Of a stretch of 64,000 bases of DNA, positions 10,174-19,599 are shown piece by piece. The DNA is from Spirulina sp. (GTDB taxonomy: Bacteria > Cyanobacteriota > Cyanobacteriia > Phormidesmidales > Phormidesmidaceae). The stretch spans positions 64,001 through 128,000 of the forward strand of contig JBIPSI010000003.1 in the NCBI GenBank assembly GCA_044070495.1, read 5' to 3'. How positions within the stretch are numbered: position 1 is the first letter of the stretch; each line of letters starts with the position of its first letter. The notes beneath the pieces were generated by a model that searched no databases, had not been told where the DNA came from, and saw only the letters and a list, made by a program, of their open reading frames with translations. The translations under genes were made by a program, and so were the position numbers.

Positions 10174-10578
10174 GTGTCTCAGTCTCCCTTTGCTGGCTTC
10201 AATCTCAGTACCCTGATCTTTCAGATTGGGGACGGGGTACCTGATGTGGATGAGACGGGTAACTTTGTTGCCCCCGCTCGAACCATGACCGTGAAGGCGT
10301 TTCTCATGCCAGCGAACCGCCAGGGGCGCATCCAGATGGTGCCAGGGGAGATCTTGAACCAGCAGGAGCTAGTTGGGCGCTTTGTAGAACCGTTTCGACA
10401 GCCTGCTGATCTACTGCCCGGAATGCGGGCTGAGGCGGTGGTGAATGGCATTCATGGCTCATTTGTGTTGGCGCTATCTGTCCCGGACTCCCTGGGGATT
10501 GGCGACCAACTGGGCGACCCCATTACCGGACTCTTTTCGGTGACGACTAACCGAGGCAGCTTCTATGGTGAGCATTAG
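10174..10578 (+). CDS. Probable head closure / neck protein
   Basis: Beta-rich ~134 aa ORF (GTG start chosen) overlapping the next gene; inferred from position. Confidence 0.5.
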   Translation: MSQSPFAGFNLSTLIFQIGDGVPDVDETGNFVAPARTMTVKAFLMPANRQGRIQMVPGEILNQQELVGRFVEPFRQPADLLPGMRAEAVVNGIHGSFVLALSVPDSLGIGDQLGDPITGLFSVTTNRGSFYGEH

Positions 10579-10993
10579 GGTCGATGTGGAAAAGACCGCC
10601 CTAGACGGCAAGCTTCAGCGGGCGGTGGCCAAACTCACCAGCCTCGACGCGATGCTCACCGAGTTTGGCGAGATGGGCGAGGCCGCAGCTAAGCAATCCT
10701 TCCCCAGTGGTGCGACACCGGGCGGTGCGGCCTGGGCCAGCCTACGCCCCTCCACCCTACGTCGAAAAAGCAGTGGGCGGCTGATGTGGGAGACGGGGGC
10801 ACTGGCGGCTAGCTTCCTGGATAAGCCTCCCAGCGGCAATGCCGTTGAGGTGTGTAGCGAGGGCGTTCCCTATGCCACCTACCATCACACAGGCACCCGC
10901 AAAATGGCACAGCGGCGATCTCTGCCCCTGCCATCTTACCTACGCCCCAAGATGGCCGTGATCGCGAAGCGGCACCTGGCCACCCTCCTATAA
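10565..10993 (+). CDS. Phage virion morphogenesis protein (Mu gpG / P2 gpS-like)
   Basis: 'PGGAAWASLRPST', 'LMWETGALAAS' and 'PYATYHHTGT..MAQRRSL' motifs. Confidence 0.82.
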   Translation: MVSIRVDVEKTALDGKLQRAVAKLTSLDAMLTEFGEMGEAAAKQSFPSGATPGGAAWASLRPSTLRRKSSGRLMWETGALAASFLDKPPSGNAVEVCSEGVPYATYHHTGTRKMAQRRSLPLPSYLRPKMAVIAKRHLATLL

Positions 10994-11017
10994 AAAAGCC
11001 TCGACTGGGGCCGAGGC
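10991..11017 (-). terminator. Intrinsic terminator on - strand
   Basis: - strand reads AGCCTCGGCCCCAGTCGAGGCTTTTTT: a 7-bp stem followed by a T tract. Confidence 0.55.
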
Positions 11018-11055
11018 TGGTGCGTGGTATGGCGTAATGAATTAGCCTTCCCTTA

Positions 11056-11853
11056 GTGTATCCCGAACTCGAAATGCTCTTAGAGTTGCACTTGGCCATT
11101 CTGAATCGCCTGCGCCCGCTCCAGGACGCTGCGCCGGGGCTTCAGCTTAGTTTGATGCCAGAGAGTCCTAATGCTTTCTTGCGGGCCGTCCAGGGCAGTC
11201 GGGCGGTGCTGCTGAACCACGAGAGCCGCTTTGAGCCGGAGGATGTTCATCGCTCTCAACCCTGGCAGGTGGGCTTTACCCTGGAGCTGCGCCTACCCTC
11301 CAACTGGAATGAATCTGGCATGATTGCCGTCCTCGAAGCGGCTCTACGGTTGCTGGTGGGCTATCGTCCACCCCAGGCCCACCAGCGTCTAGTGCTGGAA
11401 CGGGCCAGCCTGAGCGGAGAATATGAGCAGTTCTGGGTACAGCAGATTACCTTCTGGGTGCCGTGCCGCCTGCGACCCGATGAGCCAGAGGTGGCCGCGC
11501 TAGAGATCGCTACCCTAATTCGTCGGATTCAAGGACTCTCCCCAGCGGGGGCCACCACCCTCGACGTGCAGATCCCAGGCCCAGAGGTGAACCCACCTAC
11601 GGCTATCTCAGCGGTTCGCGAGGCGGGGGCGGTGTCTTTCACCTGGGATCCGCCAGAGCCTAGCGAGGGTCACTCCCAGGTGGGCTATGTAGCCCAAGCC
11701 TGGGTCGGCCATCAGTGGACTCACAGCGCCGTGCTGCCCGCCACGGCGACCCAGCATTTCTTTGCCGACCCCAGCAGCCACATCTCGCAGGTGCGGGTTC
11801 TGGCGATGTGGCCCTTGGAAAATTCTGCCTTCAGTACCGTTGAGGTTGACTAG
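11056..11853 (+). CDS. Mu gp37-like tail terminator fused to a C-terminal fibronectin type III domain
   Basis: N-terminal 'AILNRLR...LLVGYRPP...FWVQQITF'; C-terminal 'PPTAISA...VSFTWDPP...VGYVAQ...VRVLA' FN3 pattern. Confidence 0.62.
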   Translation: MYPELEMLLELHLAILNRLRPLQDAAPGLQLSLMPESPNAFLRAVQGSRAVLLNHESRFEPEDVHRSQPWQVGFTLELRLPSNWNESGMIAVLEAALRLLVGYRPPQAHQRLVLERASLSGEYEQFWVQQITFWVPCRLRPDEPEVAALEIATLIRRIQGLSPAGATTLDVQIPGPEVNPPTAISAVREAGAVSFTWDPPEPSEGHSQVGYVAQAWVGHQWTHSAVLPATATQHFFADPSSHISQVRVLAMWPLENSAFSTVEVD

Positions 11854-11897
11854 GGCAGCCGTCCAGCCTTAGCCCCCGGTGGGCTTCGTAGTGGTCA

Positions 11898-12407
11898 TCA
11901 GGGCTGATCAAGAGGCTCGAAGAACTCAGGGAATAGGTCATACTCGGTCATGCCGAAGACCTTGGCTAGGACGGCTCTGGTGGGCTGGTGAGCAAATTTG
12001 TTGCCCCGCTCCAGGGCTGATATTTCAGCGTCCCGCATATTGCGGCGGTAGTGGTTGCGGCGACACTTCTCCGCAACCTCAGCCTGCGTCCAGCCCCGCC
12101 CGATGCGCTCGTCCCGCATGGTTAGGCAGGCGATTGCGTACTCAGGAAAAATCTGCTTCAGGGAACTGGACAGGACGGTGGCGATATTGGCGCGTAGGGT
12201 ATCGGGCAGCAACACTTCCCCTCGTTTGGCCTGGTTGATGAGTCGGGCATCAATGGCGATCTGTCGTCCACCACTGCGAATGTAACGGCGTTGAAACCGA
12301 ACATGCAGTAACAAGACCAGCTTTTGGGAGTTCCACCCCCGAAGACTCAATTCTTTTCCCAGCGTTTTGCAGGCGGGATACTTTTCAATTGTGGCAACAG
12401 TTCCCAT
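11898..12407 (-). CDS. Transcriptional regulator with two tandem XRE-type HTH domains
   Basis: Two similar halves ('LRGWNSQKL...AKRG...IATVL...IFPEY' and 'GRGWTQAEVA...ISALERG...LAKVF...LFPEF'). Confidence 0.78.
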   Translation of the reverse strand: MGTVATIEKYPACKTLGKELSLRGWNSQKLVLLLHVRFQRRYIRSGGRQIAIDARLINQAKRGEVLLPDTLRANIATVLSSSLKQIFPEYAIACLTMRDERIGRGWTQAEVAEKCRRNHYRRNMRDAEISALERGNKFAHQPTRAVLAKVFGMTEYDLFPEFFEPLDQP

Positions 12408-12454
12408 AGTTTAATCACGTATTCCTAAATTCCACTCAGTTTAATCAGAGTATT
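12408..12454. promoter_or_regulatory. Direct-repeat pair, candidate operator
   Basis: AGTTTAATCA at 12408 and 12438, each followed shortly by GTATT, in the divergent intergenic gap. Confidence 0.5.
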
Positions 12455-12506
12455 GCACCTTAAAGTCTTGCCCGTTAAGGTTTCTCAAGACCTCCATGGC
12501 CAGATC

Positions 12507-12773
12507 ATGCCTACCCCTAAGACCACTTACACCTACTTTGGGCCAACGGTGCGTATCCCGAATCCTAGCCATCCTTCGGATCTGTTGCTCCTACGCGGGG
12601 GCCAATCCTATGTTTTGCCCGAAGGTTCGCTGCCGGGGCTGATGGATGACTCGCGCTCGATGGACGTTGGCAAGCTTGTCCTCACCCCTAAACCGACACC
12701 CAAGACCACTACTCCCAAGGCAATGTCGCCTGCCCCCGCGCCCCCCAAAGGCAAACCCGACAACGATAAGTAG
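12507..12773 (+). CDS. Small pre-sheath protein
   Basis: 88 aa with Pro/Lys-rich tail, immediately before the sheath gene. Confidence 0.55.
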   Translation: MPTPKTTYTYFGPTVRIPNPSHPSDLLLLRGGQSYVLPEGSLPGLMDDSRSMDVGKLVLTPKPTPKTTTPKAMSPAPAPPKGKPDNDK

Positions 12774-12819
12774 CCTGCAATTGCGCCACCTTAGACCCAC
12801 CTCACTCCCCTAATTCCCC

Positions 12820-14331
12820 ATGGCCAACACCGACTTTTTGCACGGGATTGACTACATCCATGACCCCAACATCATCACGCCAGTGCGTTATCCTCGCTCC
12901 GGGGTGATTGGGTTGATTGGCTCGGCCCCGATTCACCTCGTCGATCCCGAATTTCAGACCCCCAACCAGCCCATCATGGTGGCCTCCTACCGTGAGGCTG
13001 TCCAGAAGTTTGGGCCGATCCAGACGGGATCTGAGGGCTGGACGTTGCCCAATGCGCTGGAGGCCGTTTACATGCAGGGCGTGGCCCTGTGCATCGTAGT
13101 CAATGTTTGGAACCCAACTAAGGCGGGCCACTTTGCCCAGGTCGAGAACGAGGCCATCACGCTGGTGGACGGTCTCGCTACCCTAAGCCAGTCGTCGGTG
13201 TACTCGGTGGTGGTGAAGTACGGGGCTGAGTTTGCGACCACGGCGGTGCGGGATGTGGACTACCGCCTGAACCCCGTGGCAGGAACCCTGGAGGCGTTGC
13301 CCGATGGTGCTCTGACCCCAGATGCTGCACTTCAGGTTAGCTTTTGCTACGCGACTCCAGAAGGGGTTGCCCCCGCTGACATTGCAGGAACCATTACCTC
13401 CGGCGGCGTTCGTACCGGGCTTCATGCCTTTGAGGACTGCCACCACCTATTTGGCTTCAATGCTCGGCTGTTGGCGGCACCGGGATGGAGCTACACCACC
13501 GAGGTGTCTGAGGCGCTGATCGCCCTCGCCGATAAGACCCTGGCCCATGCCGCGATTGATGCGCCCCTGGGCGTTACAACGACCGAGGCCATCAGCGGGC
13601 GTAACTCCACCAGTGGGCCAGTCACCAACTTTAAGGTGAGCGATGGGCGGGCGGTGCTTTGTTTCCCCCATCTCAAAAACCTGCGGGGGGACATCGTGCC
13701 CCTCTCAGCCTACTGGGCCGGTGTGGCGGCGCGGACTCAGGCTGAGTTTGGCTTTTGGTGGTCGCCCTCGAATAAGCCCATCCGAGGCATCAGCGGCGCG
13801 GAACGTCCCCTCACCTCGACCTACACCAGTTCCAACTCCGACATCCAATTGCTGAATGAGGCGGGTATTGTGACCGTCTTCGGGATTTCACCCATCGATA
13901 GTTTCGCGACGGGCTATCGGCTCTGGGGCAACCGGGCCAGCTCATGGCCTGCGGATACCAGCCCCCGCAGCTTCATCGCCGTGCAAATTATCGAAGACCA
14001 GATTCGTATTGGCCTGGAGCGGGCCATCCTTCAGTACGTTGATCGCCCCTTCAACCGAGCCATCGTTGGCTTCATCCTGCAAACCATGAACCTCTATCTC
14101 CAGCGGATGAAGTCCAGGGGCATCCTACTGGGGGGCCGCGCCTTCTTCGATGACCAGGACAACCCCGTTGACCAACTGGCCCTGGGTCACATTGTTGTTC
14201 GCCTCGACCAGGCAGGCCCACCCCCCCTAGAGCGCATCACCATCATGGCTCGATACAACGAACAATACCTGGCCCTAGAAGCGCGGGAAGTGAGTCGGGC
14301 CACGATGGATCGCGGTCGCCTGCCCGCCTAG
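12820..14331 (+). CDS. Contractile tail sheath protein (P2 FI-like)
   Basis: 'FLHGI', 'VIGLIGSAP', 'FWWSPSNKPIRGI', 'GYRLWGNR' and 'PPLERIT' motifs. Confidence 0.95.
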   Translation: MANTDFLHGIDYIHDPNIITPVRYPRSGVIGLIGSAPIHLVDPEFQTPNQPIMVASYREAVQKFGPIQTGSEGWTLPNALEAVYMQGVALCIVVNVWNPTKAGHFAQVENEAITLVDGLATLSQSSVYSVVVKYGAEFATTAVRDVDYRLNPVAGTLEALPDGALTPDAALQVSFCYATPEGVAPADIAGTITSGGVRTGLHAFEDCHHLFGFNARLLAAPGWSYTTEVSEALIALADKTLAHAAIDAPLGVTTTEAISGRNSTSGPVTNFKVSDGRAVLCFPHLKNLRGDIVPLSAYWAGVAARTQAEFGFWWSPSNKPIRGISGAERPLTSTYTSSNSDIQLLNEAGIVTVFGISPIDSFATGYRLWGNRASSWPADTSPRSFIAVQIIEDQIRIGLERAILQYVDRPFNRAIVGFILQTMNLYLQRMKSRGILLGGRAFFDDQDNPVDQLALGHIVVRLDQAGPPPLERITIMARYNEQYLALEAREVSRATMDRGRLPA

Positions 14332-14366
14332 CCCTGCCACTGCCCTGATTGAACAAAGGACGTACC

Positions 14367-14891
14367 ATGCCATCCGTACCTATCTGGACGCTCAACGATG
14401 CTGTGCCCTGGATTGAGGGCGAAGCCTTTGACTCCCATGCCGAAACCATCCAAATCGAACCGATTGAGTTTGGCAAGAGTGAGGAAAAGCGCCTCGGCCT
14501 CATGGGTACCCCCAAGGTCAACTTTCAGTTCGAGCCTGTGATCATGAAGATCGTCTGGCGGTCGCCCTTGCCGCAGTGGTCACTTCTGACCGCCGATCCC
14601 TTCACTGGGCTAAACATCCAGTTCCTCGGCAACATTTCCGTGGACGATGCAGCGGGCCGAGTCGATGAGCGACCGTACCTCATCGAGGCGACCGCCATCC
14701 CCGACCAACACGACACGGGGGAAATCGAAATTGGCGAAACGCCCACCTACGAAACCACCTTCAACTGCACCACCCTGCGGCAGGTGATCGATGGCCAGGA
14801 AATCTTTAACTTCAACCTCTATGCCTACGTCTACGAGGTGAACGGGGTTGATCTGATGGCCGCACGGCGCGGCAACCTGGGGATCGGCTAA
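14367..14891 (+). CDS. Major tail tube protein (P2 FII-like)
   Basis: ~174 aa after the sheath gene; ends 'YEVNGVDLMAARRGNLG'. Confidence 0.88.
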   Translation: MPSVPIWTLNDAVPWIEGEAFDSHAETIQIEPIEFGKSEEKRLGLMGTPKVNFQFEPVIMKIVWRSPLPQWSLLTADPFTGLNIQFLGNISVDDAAGRVDERPYLIEATAIPDQHDTGEIEIGETPTYETTFNCTTLRQVIDGQEIFNFNLYAYVYEVNGVDLMAARRGNLGIG

Positions 14892-14980
14892 ACCCCGGTG
14901 CCCTAGGCGATGGCCTACCCTTTAGTCCCTAACTCGTATCCCGTTCTATACTGGGGCCATGCCGTTACCAGACCATCACC

Positions 14981-15601
14981 ATGGCCCCCGCATCCTCTAC
15001 AACTGAAGCCGCGATCACCGCACTCGCCCAGGCCCAGGAGCATCGGCTACCCAGTGGACTTACGCTGCGGCTGCGGCCCATGACCGGGGAACTCTACCTA
15101 AAATACCAAGCTAAGTCAGTAGGGTTCGCTCTTAAAGGCGGCGGCAACTTTAGCGCCGCTAACCAATGGCTCGCCACCCAAATCTTTGAGGTCGCAGACG
15201 GGGGCGACACCACACCCCTCGACCTGTCCACTCTGACGATGGGCCTAGACTTCGATGATGTGGCCGTTCTATCCGCCATCATGAACGACCTTCTTGCCCC
15301 CCAGGAACCCGATGAGGGACACCTACCCAGCGGTCTCCCCATCGAGCGCCTGAAGCCCAAGGGGCAAGATTTTTGGCGATACCAGGACGCGATTGGTGCC
15401 GCTGTAAACAGCAAAACGGGACAAGTCACCAATGGCGAGGCGCTGGTCGCCGCCAACCTCGCCCTCGCCACCAAGATGTTCGTCGTGGATGGCCAACCCG
15501 TCACCGAGGCATGGCTGAGGGGAGCCAGCTTCCAGGATGCCGCCTACCTGCTGGGCGAAGTGGGAAAGCGAATTGCGGCTACCCGTCCGCCCTCGACCTA
15601 A
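14981..15601 (+). CDS. Tail assembly chaperone (two internal repeats)
   Basis: Follows the tube gene; carries a GGGAAAG slippery site near its 3' end. Confidence 0.75.
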   Translation: MAPASSTTEAAITALAQAQEHRLPSGLTLRLRPMTGELYLKYQAKSVGFALKGGGNFSAANQWLATQIFEVADGGDTTPLDLSTLTMGLDFDDVAVLSAIMNDLLAPQEPDEGHLPSGLPIERLKPKGQDFWRYQDAIGAAVNSKTGQVTNGEALVAANLALATKMFVVDGQPVTEAWLRGASFQDAAYLLGEVGKRIAATRPPST

Positions 15602-15759
15602 TTGCCGTCAGCCACCAGACCCACTGGCCCCTATCCGACCTGCTGGCCCTGGAGCCAGAGGATCTAGCCTTCTGGGTTGCTAAAACAGCCGAGTTTGTGG
15701 AGGCCCAGAACCAAGCCATCAAAAAAGCCCAGGAAAAGGCCAGCACCCAGTCCCGATAA
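15562..15759 (+). CDS. -1 frameshift extension of the tail chaperone (gpE'/gpT-like)
   Basis: G GGA AAG at 15562-15568 in the chaperone frame; the -1 frame reads GKANCGYPSALDLIAVSHQTHWPLSDLLALEPEDLAFW..., a P2 gpE'-like motif. Confidence 0.75.
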   Translation, partial: GKANCGYPSALDLIAVSHQTHWPLSDLLALEPEDLAFWVAKTAEFVEAQNQAIKKAQEKASTQSR

Positions 15760-15780
15760 GGTTTACAAACAACGTCATTC

Positions 15781-18700
15781 TCATTCTCCGATGGCACCCA
15801 GGGCAAGGAAGGAAGCTCGTTGAGCCTCGGTTAGGCCATGTGCCCCAGTGATGTTGGTACCTTCGTAGGGACGAGGGATTTGCCATACAGATAAGCATTT
15901 GCTTGTGCTGACTTGCCATAGTCGGAAAGTGGCATCACCACTGCCCGAAGCCAGCCATTGTCCATCACGGCTAAACACAACTGAATAGACAGTAGCAACA
16001 TGACCAGTAAATATATGAATACATTCTCTTCGGGAGATATCCCACAATCGAATAGTTGAATCTCCACTTCCTGTAGCTAACCATTGTCCACTAGGGCTAA
16101 ACACAACTGAGTAGACAGTATCGGCATGACCTGTGAATACATGAACGCACTTACCCCTCTGGATATCCCACAGTCGAACGGTTGAATCTCCACTTCCTGT
16201 AGCCAGCCATCGTCTATCTGGGCTAAATGTAATTGTCCCAACTCCGCTGGTATGACCCATAAACACTTGAGCACACTGCCTTTTGGAAAAATCCCATAAA
16301 CGTACCGCTGAATCTCCACTGCCGGTGGCTAACCAGTGCCCACTTTGACTGAATGCAATAGAGTAAATGCCAGCAACCTGTTGTGCGGAAGTAAAAGCAC
16401 ATTTTCGCTGTTTGATATCCCACAGACGAAGGGTTGCATCACGGCTGCCAGAGACTAACCATTGCCCATCTGGGCTAAATGCCACAGAGTAAACCCAGTC
16501 AGTGTGATCATTGAAACTATGAAGACATTGCTGCTGCTGGATATCCCACAGTCGAACCGTCTTATCCCCACTGCTAGTAGCCAAGTATTTTCCATCTGGA
16601 CTAATAGCAACTGAAGTAACTGAATCAGTATGGCCGGTAAACGTAGCTCCCCATTGTTCTTTCCGTATATCCCATAACCGAATCTTGGAATCTCCACTAC
16701 TGACGGCTAACCATTGTGCATTGGGACTAAACGCAATGGAGCTTACCTCAGCAGTGTGGCCGCTAAAAGTAGATATGCATTGTTGTTCTTCAATATCCCA
16801 TAATCGAATAGTTGCATCATCACTGCCAGTAACTAGCCACGGTTTATTCGGGCTAAATACAACTGAGTTAATTCCAGCAGTATGTCCAGTGAAGTTATAA
16901 GCACATTGTCGTTGATTAATATCCCATATACGAAGAGTGGTATCACCGCTACACGAAGTTATCCATCGACCATCTGGACTAAAGGCAACTGAATAGATCC
17001 GATCAGTGTGACCAATAAAAGTATGGATACAAGTTTTGTGTTTCAAATCCCAAAGCCTAATAGTTGTATCACTACCACCAGTAGCCAACCATTGTCCATC
17101 ATGGCTAAATGCAACTGAGTAGATTCGATCAGCGTGTCCAACAAAGGTATGTACACATTTTTTCTGTTTTATATTCCACAACTTAATAGTGGAATCGTGG
17201 CTTCCTGAAACTAGCCATTGCCCATCAGGACTAAACGCAACTGAACTTATCCCAGATGTATGTCCCGTAAAAGTGTAGATGCATCTTCTTTCCTGAATAC
17301 TCCATATTTTAAGAGTTCTATCACCACTGCCTGAAGCTATCCATTTTCCATCTGGACTTATTTTTATTGAGCCTATCCAGCCGTTATGACCATTCAAAGT
17401 GTAGATGCATTGACGCTGATTGATATCCCATAATCTAATGGTCTTGTCATCACTGGCAGAGGCAATCCATTGTCCGTCTGGACTGAATATAATTGAGGAG
17501 ATCCAAACAGAATGACCAATAAAAACATCAATGCATGTTTGGTTGGTAATATTCCAAAGACGCAGTTTACCATCGCGACTTCCGGAAGCTAAATATTGCC
17601 CATCTGGACTAAAATCGACTGCATGGACAGGGCCAAAGGGATGCGTCAATTCTGGATTAACCCATTGAGTATTAGCTAAGTTAAACCCATGCAGTTGGTT
17701 ACCTTTGAGGTGGGCTTGTCTGAGGGTGAGATGGGAGAAATCGAAGGGCTGAAGCGCCGTTTGAGACTGGCACAGCAGATTTAACAGATTTCCGGCGGCA
17801 TAGCCTTCATCCCAGCCAGGATGCTGGCGGATGGTTTCCAGGGAATGGCTGACGGTTTGGGCTAGGTTGGCAAGACTGGCGGCAATGGGCTTGAGGATGA
17901 GGCGGACTTGAGTTTCGCGCACGTAGTCCTTGGCTGTGGCTTGAATGAGCGCGTGTGTATGGGAGAGATCAAAGGCTTGAGTCGTTAGTTCGCAACGAAC
18001 CTGTTCCACAAATCGATCCGTCGTGAACTCCATGATCACGTTTTGCAGGGTGAACTGTTTGCCCACAGTTTCGATCAAGCAGCGATCGCGCAACCCTGCA
18101 AAAGCTCCCCGCACCGCCTGCTTGGTTACGGGCGGGTGCAGGTCTGCCATCAACTCATTTAGGCCAACGGGTTCGCGGTGAATGGCCAGCCAAAACAAGA
18201 CCGATCGCTCCAGGGGAGCAAGACGGCTGAGATGCTGCTCTAGCAGGGTGCGGACATCCTCAACAGCCGTGACATGCTCATGCAAAAATTCATCCACATC
18301 GCCCAAAAACTCTCGCTGGATGGCGGTAGCCACCAGGTACAACGCCTGGGGATTGCCACTACAGCGCTGAATCAACTCCTGTCCCTGGCCTTCCGCCTCA
18401 TCTAGAACGATCCCTTTGGTCTGGAGGATTTGCCATCCGGTCTCCGCATCCAGGCGACCGACCGACCATAGGCGCACAGGTAGTTGCGCCCCCGCCAGTG
18501 GCGTTAACTCCCTGGGGCATTCTCGACTAGTCAGTAGCAAGCAGCTCTGGTGTTCAGCACAGCCAATACGCTGGATTAACTCGCCATAGTCTTCATAGCC
18601 CTCGCGGTAGCGGCCAGCGGCTTCGGGCTGCAAGATGGACTCTAAGTTGTCCAGCACCACCAGGCAGCGGTGCTCCCGCAGGTAGTGGAGCAGGCGAATG

Positions 18701-19323
18701 ATGCGCTCCCCCAGGCGGGTGGGCAGGTTAATTTCGGTCTCCTGTTGGTCTGAGAGAAACTGAATTAACCGCACCAGAATGTCATCCAGGGGCGGCGCTT
18801 CTCGCAGACTGCGCCAGATGATGTAGTCAAACTGATCGGTCAGTTGATTGGCGAGTTTGGCGGCCAGGGAGGTTTTGCCAATGCCGCCCATGCCTAGCAG
18901 CGTCACCAATCGGCAGCGGTCGGACACCACCCACTGGTGGAGGGTCTCCAATTCCTCCGTGCGGCCAAAAAATAGGGCCGTATCAGGCTTTTCGCCCCAG
19001 TCGATTTTGGCTGTTGATGAGGTTCGGCAGTATCGGGCTGCTGGGCGAGTGAGGGCAGGTTCAACATGCCCATAGTCGGCGGGCTCTAGCGTTAGGTCAA
19101 ACGCCTGAAAGAGTGACCGAACGGAGCTTTCATCGGTAGATAATGCCTGCTTGAGAATCTTCTTGATGGTTTTGATGCTGAGCTTGGTTCGCTCCTCAAG
19201 CTCGGCCTGGGTGAAACGAGCGCCATATTTTTCCTGATCTTGAGCCAGGGCGATTGCCGCTTCTAAACGAGCCTTGCCGCGATCCGTCAAAACAACTCCG
19301 CGTTGGCGTTGGCTCATGGGCAC
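15781..19323 (-). CDS. STAND NTPase: N-terminal HTH, NB-ARC domain and 14 WD40 repeats
   Basis: 'FTQAELEERTKLSIKTIKKI' HTH; GMGGIGKT Walker A; LVVLDNLE Walker B; GNPQAL; 14 countable GH...WD repeats. Confidence 0.93.
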   Translation of the reverse strand: MPMSQRQRGVVLTDRGKARLEAAIALAQDQEKYGARFTQAELEERTKLSIKTIKKILKQALSTDESSVRSLFQAFDLTLEPADYGHVEPALTRPAARYCRTSSTAKIDWGEKPDTALFFGRTEELETLHQWVVSDRCRLVTLLGMGGIGKTSLAAKLANQLTDQFDYIIWRSLREAPPLDDILVRLIQFLSDQQETEINLPTRLGERIIRLLHYLREHRCLVVLDNLESILQPEAAGRYREGYEDYGELIQRIGCAEHQSCLLLTSRECPRELTPLAGAQLPVRLWSVGRLDAETGWQILQTKGIVLDEAEGQGQELIQRCSGNPQALYLVATAIQREFLGDVDEFLHEHVTAVEDVRTLLEQHLSRLAPLERSVLFWLAIHREPVGLNELMADLHPPVTKQAVRGAFAGLRDRCLIETVGKQFTLQNVIMEFTTDRFVEQVRCELTTQAFDLSHTHALIQATAKDYVRETQVRLILKPIAASLANLAQTVSHSLETIRQHPGWDEGYAAGNLLNLLCQSQTALQPFDFSHLTLRQAHLKGNQLHGFNLANTQWVNPELTHPFGPVHAVDFSPDGQYLASGSRDGKLRLWNITNQTCIDVFIGHSVWISSIIFSPDGQWIASASDDKTIRLWDINQRQCIYTLNGHNGWIGSIKISPDGKWIASGSGDRTLKIWSIQERRCIYTFTGHTSGISSVAFSPDGQWLVSGSHDSTIKLWNIKQKKCVHTFVGHADRIYSVAFSHDGQWLATGGSDTTIRLWDLKHKTCIHTFIGHTDRIYSVAFSPDGRWITSCSGDTTLRIWDINQRQCAYNFTGHTAGINSVVFSPNKPWLVTGSDDATIRLWDIEEQQCISTFSGHTAEVSSIAFSPNAQWLAVSSGDSKIRLWDIRKEQWGATFTGHTDSVTSVAISPDGKYLATSSGDKTVRLWDIQQQQCLHSFNDHTDWVYSVAFSPDGQWLVSGSRDATLRLWDIKQRKCAFTSAQQVAGIYSIAFSQSGHWLATGSGDSAVRLWDFSKRQCAQVFMGHTSGVGTITFSPDRRWLATGSGDSTVRLWDIQRGKCVHVFTGHADTVYSVVFSPSGQWLATGSGDSTIRLWDISRRECIHIFTGHVATVYSVVFSRDGQWLASGSGDATFRLWQVSTSKCLSVWQIPRPYEGTNITGAHGLTEAQRASFLALGAIGE

Positions 19324-19351
19324 AGGTGGGTAGATGACAATTCAGCCCCTT

Positions 19352-19513
19352 CGGAAACTTAAGGGAAAGTTTTCCGCAACTGAGTTGATGATACGCGATC
19401 TTTCCCAGCCTTGCCTAATCGCTGAAAGGCTCATCAAGTCTAGTGTTTGGCAAACGGTATCGGGCACAGTCAAACTTTCGGCCAACCTTCCCCAAACCCT
19501 CCCAACTTTCCTT
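19352..19513. promoter_or_regulatory. AACTTTCC-like repeats in the divergent promoter region
   Basis: Four ~11-bp-spaced copies at 19471-19513 plus an inverted copy (GGGAAAGTT) inside CGGAAA...TTTCCG at ~19352-19376. Confidence 0.5.
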
Positions 19514-19599
19514 AGAAACCGCGAGCGATTTTGATTGACTGACCTCATCCCAAGTTCCGTTAATCGTCACTCCATCGTAAGTTGCGGAGAACCGTCACC

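Noticed and set aside
15831..16900. Several short repetitive ORFs within the WD40 region
   Set aside because: They are off-frame readings of the 126-bp WD40 periodicity.
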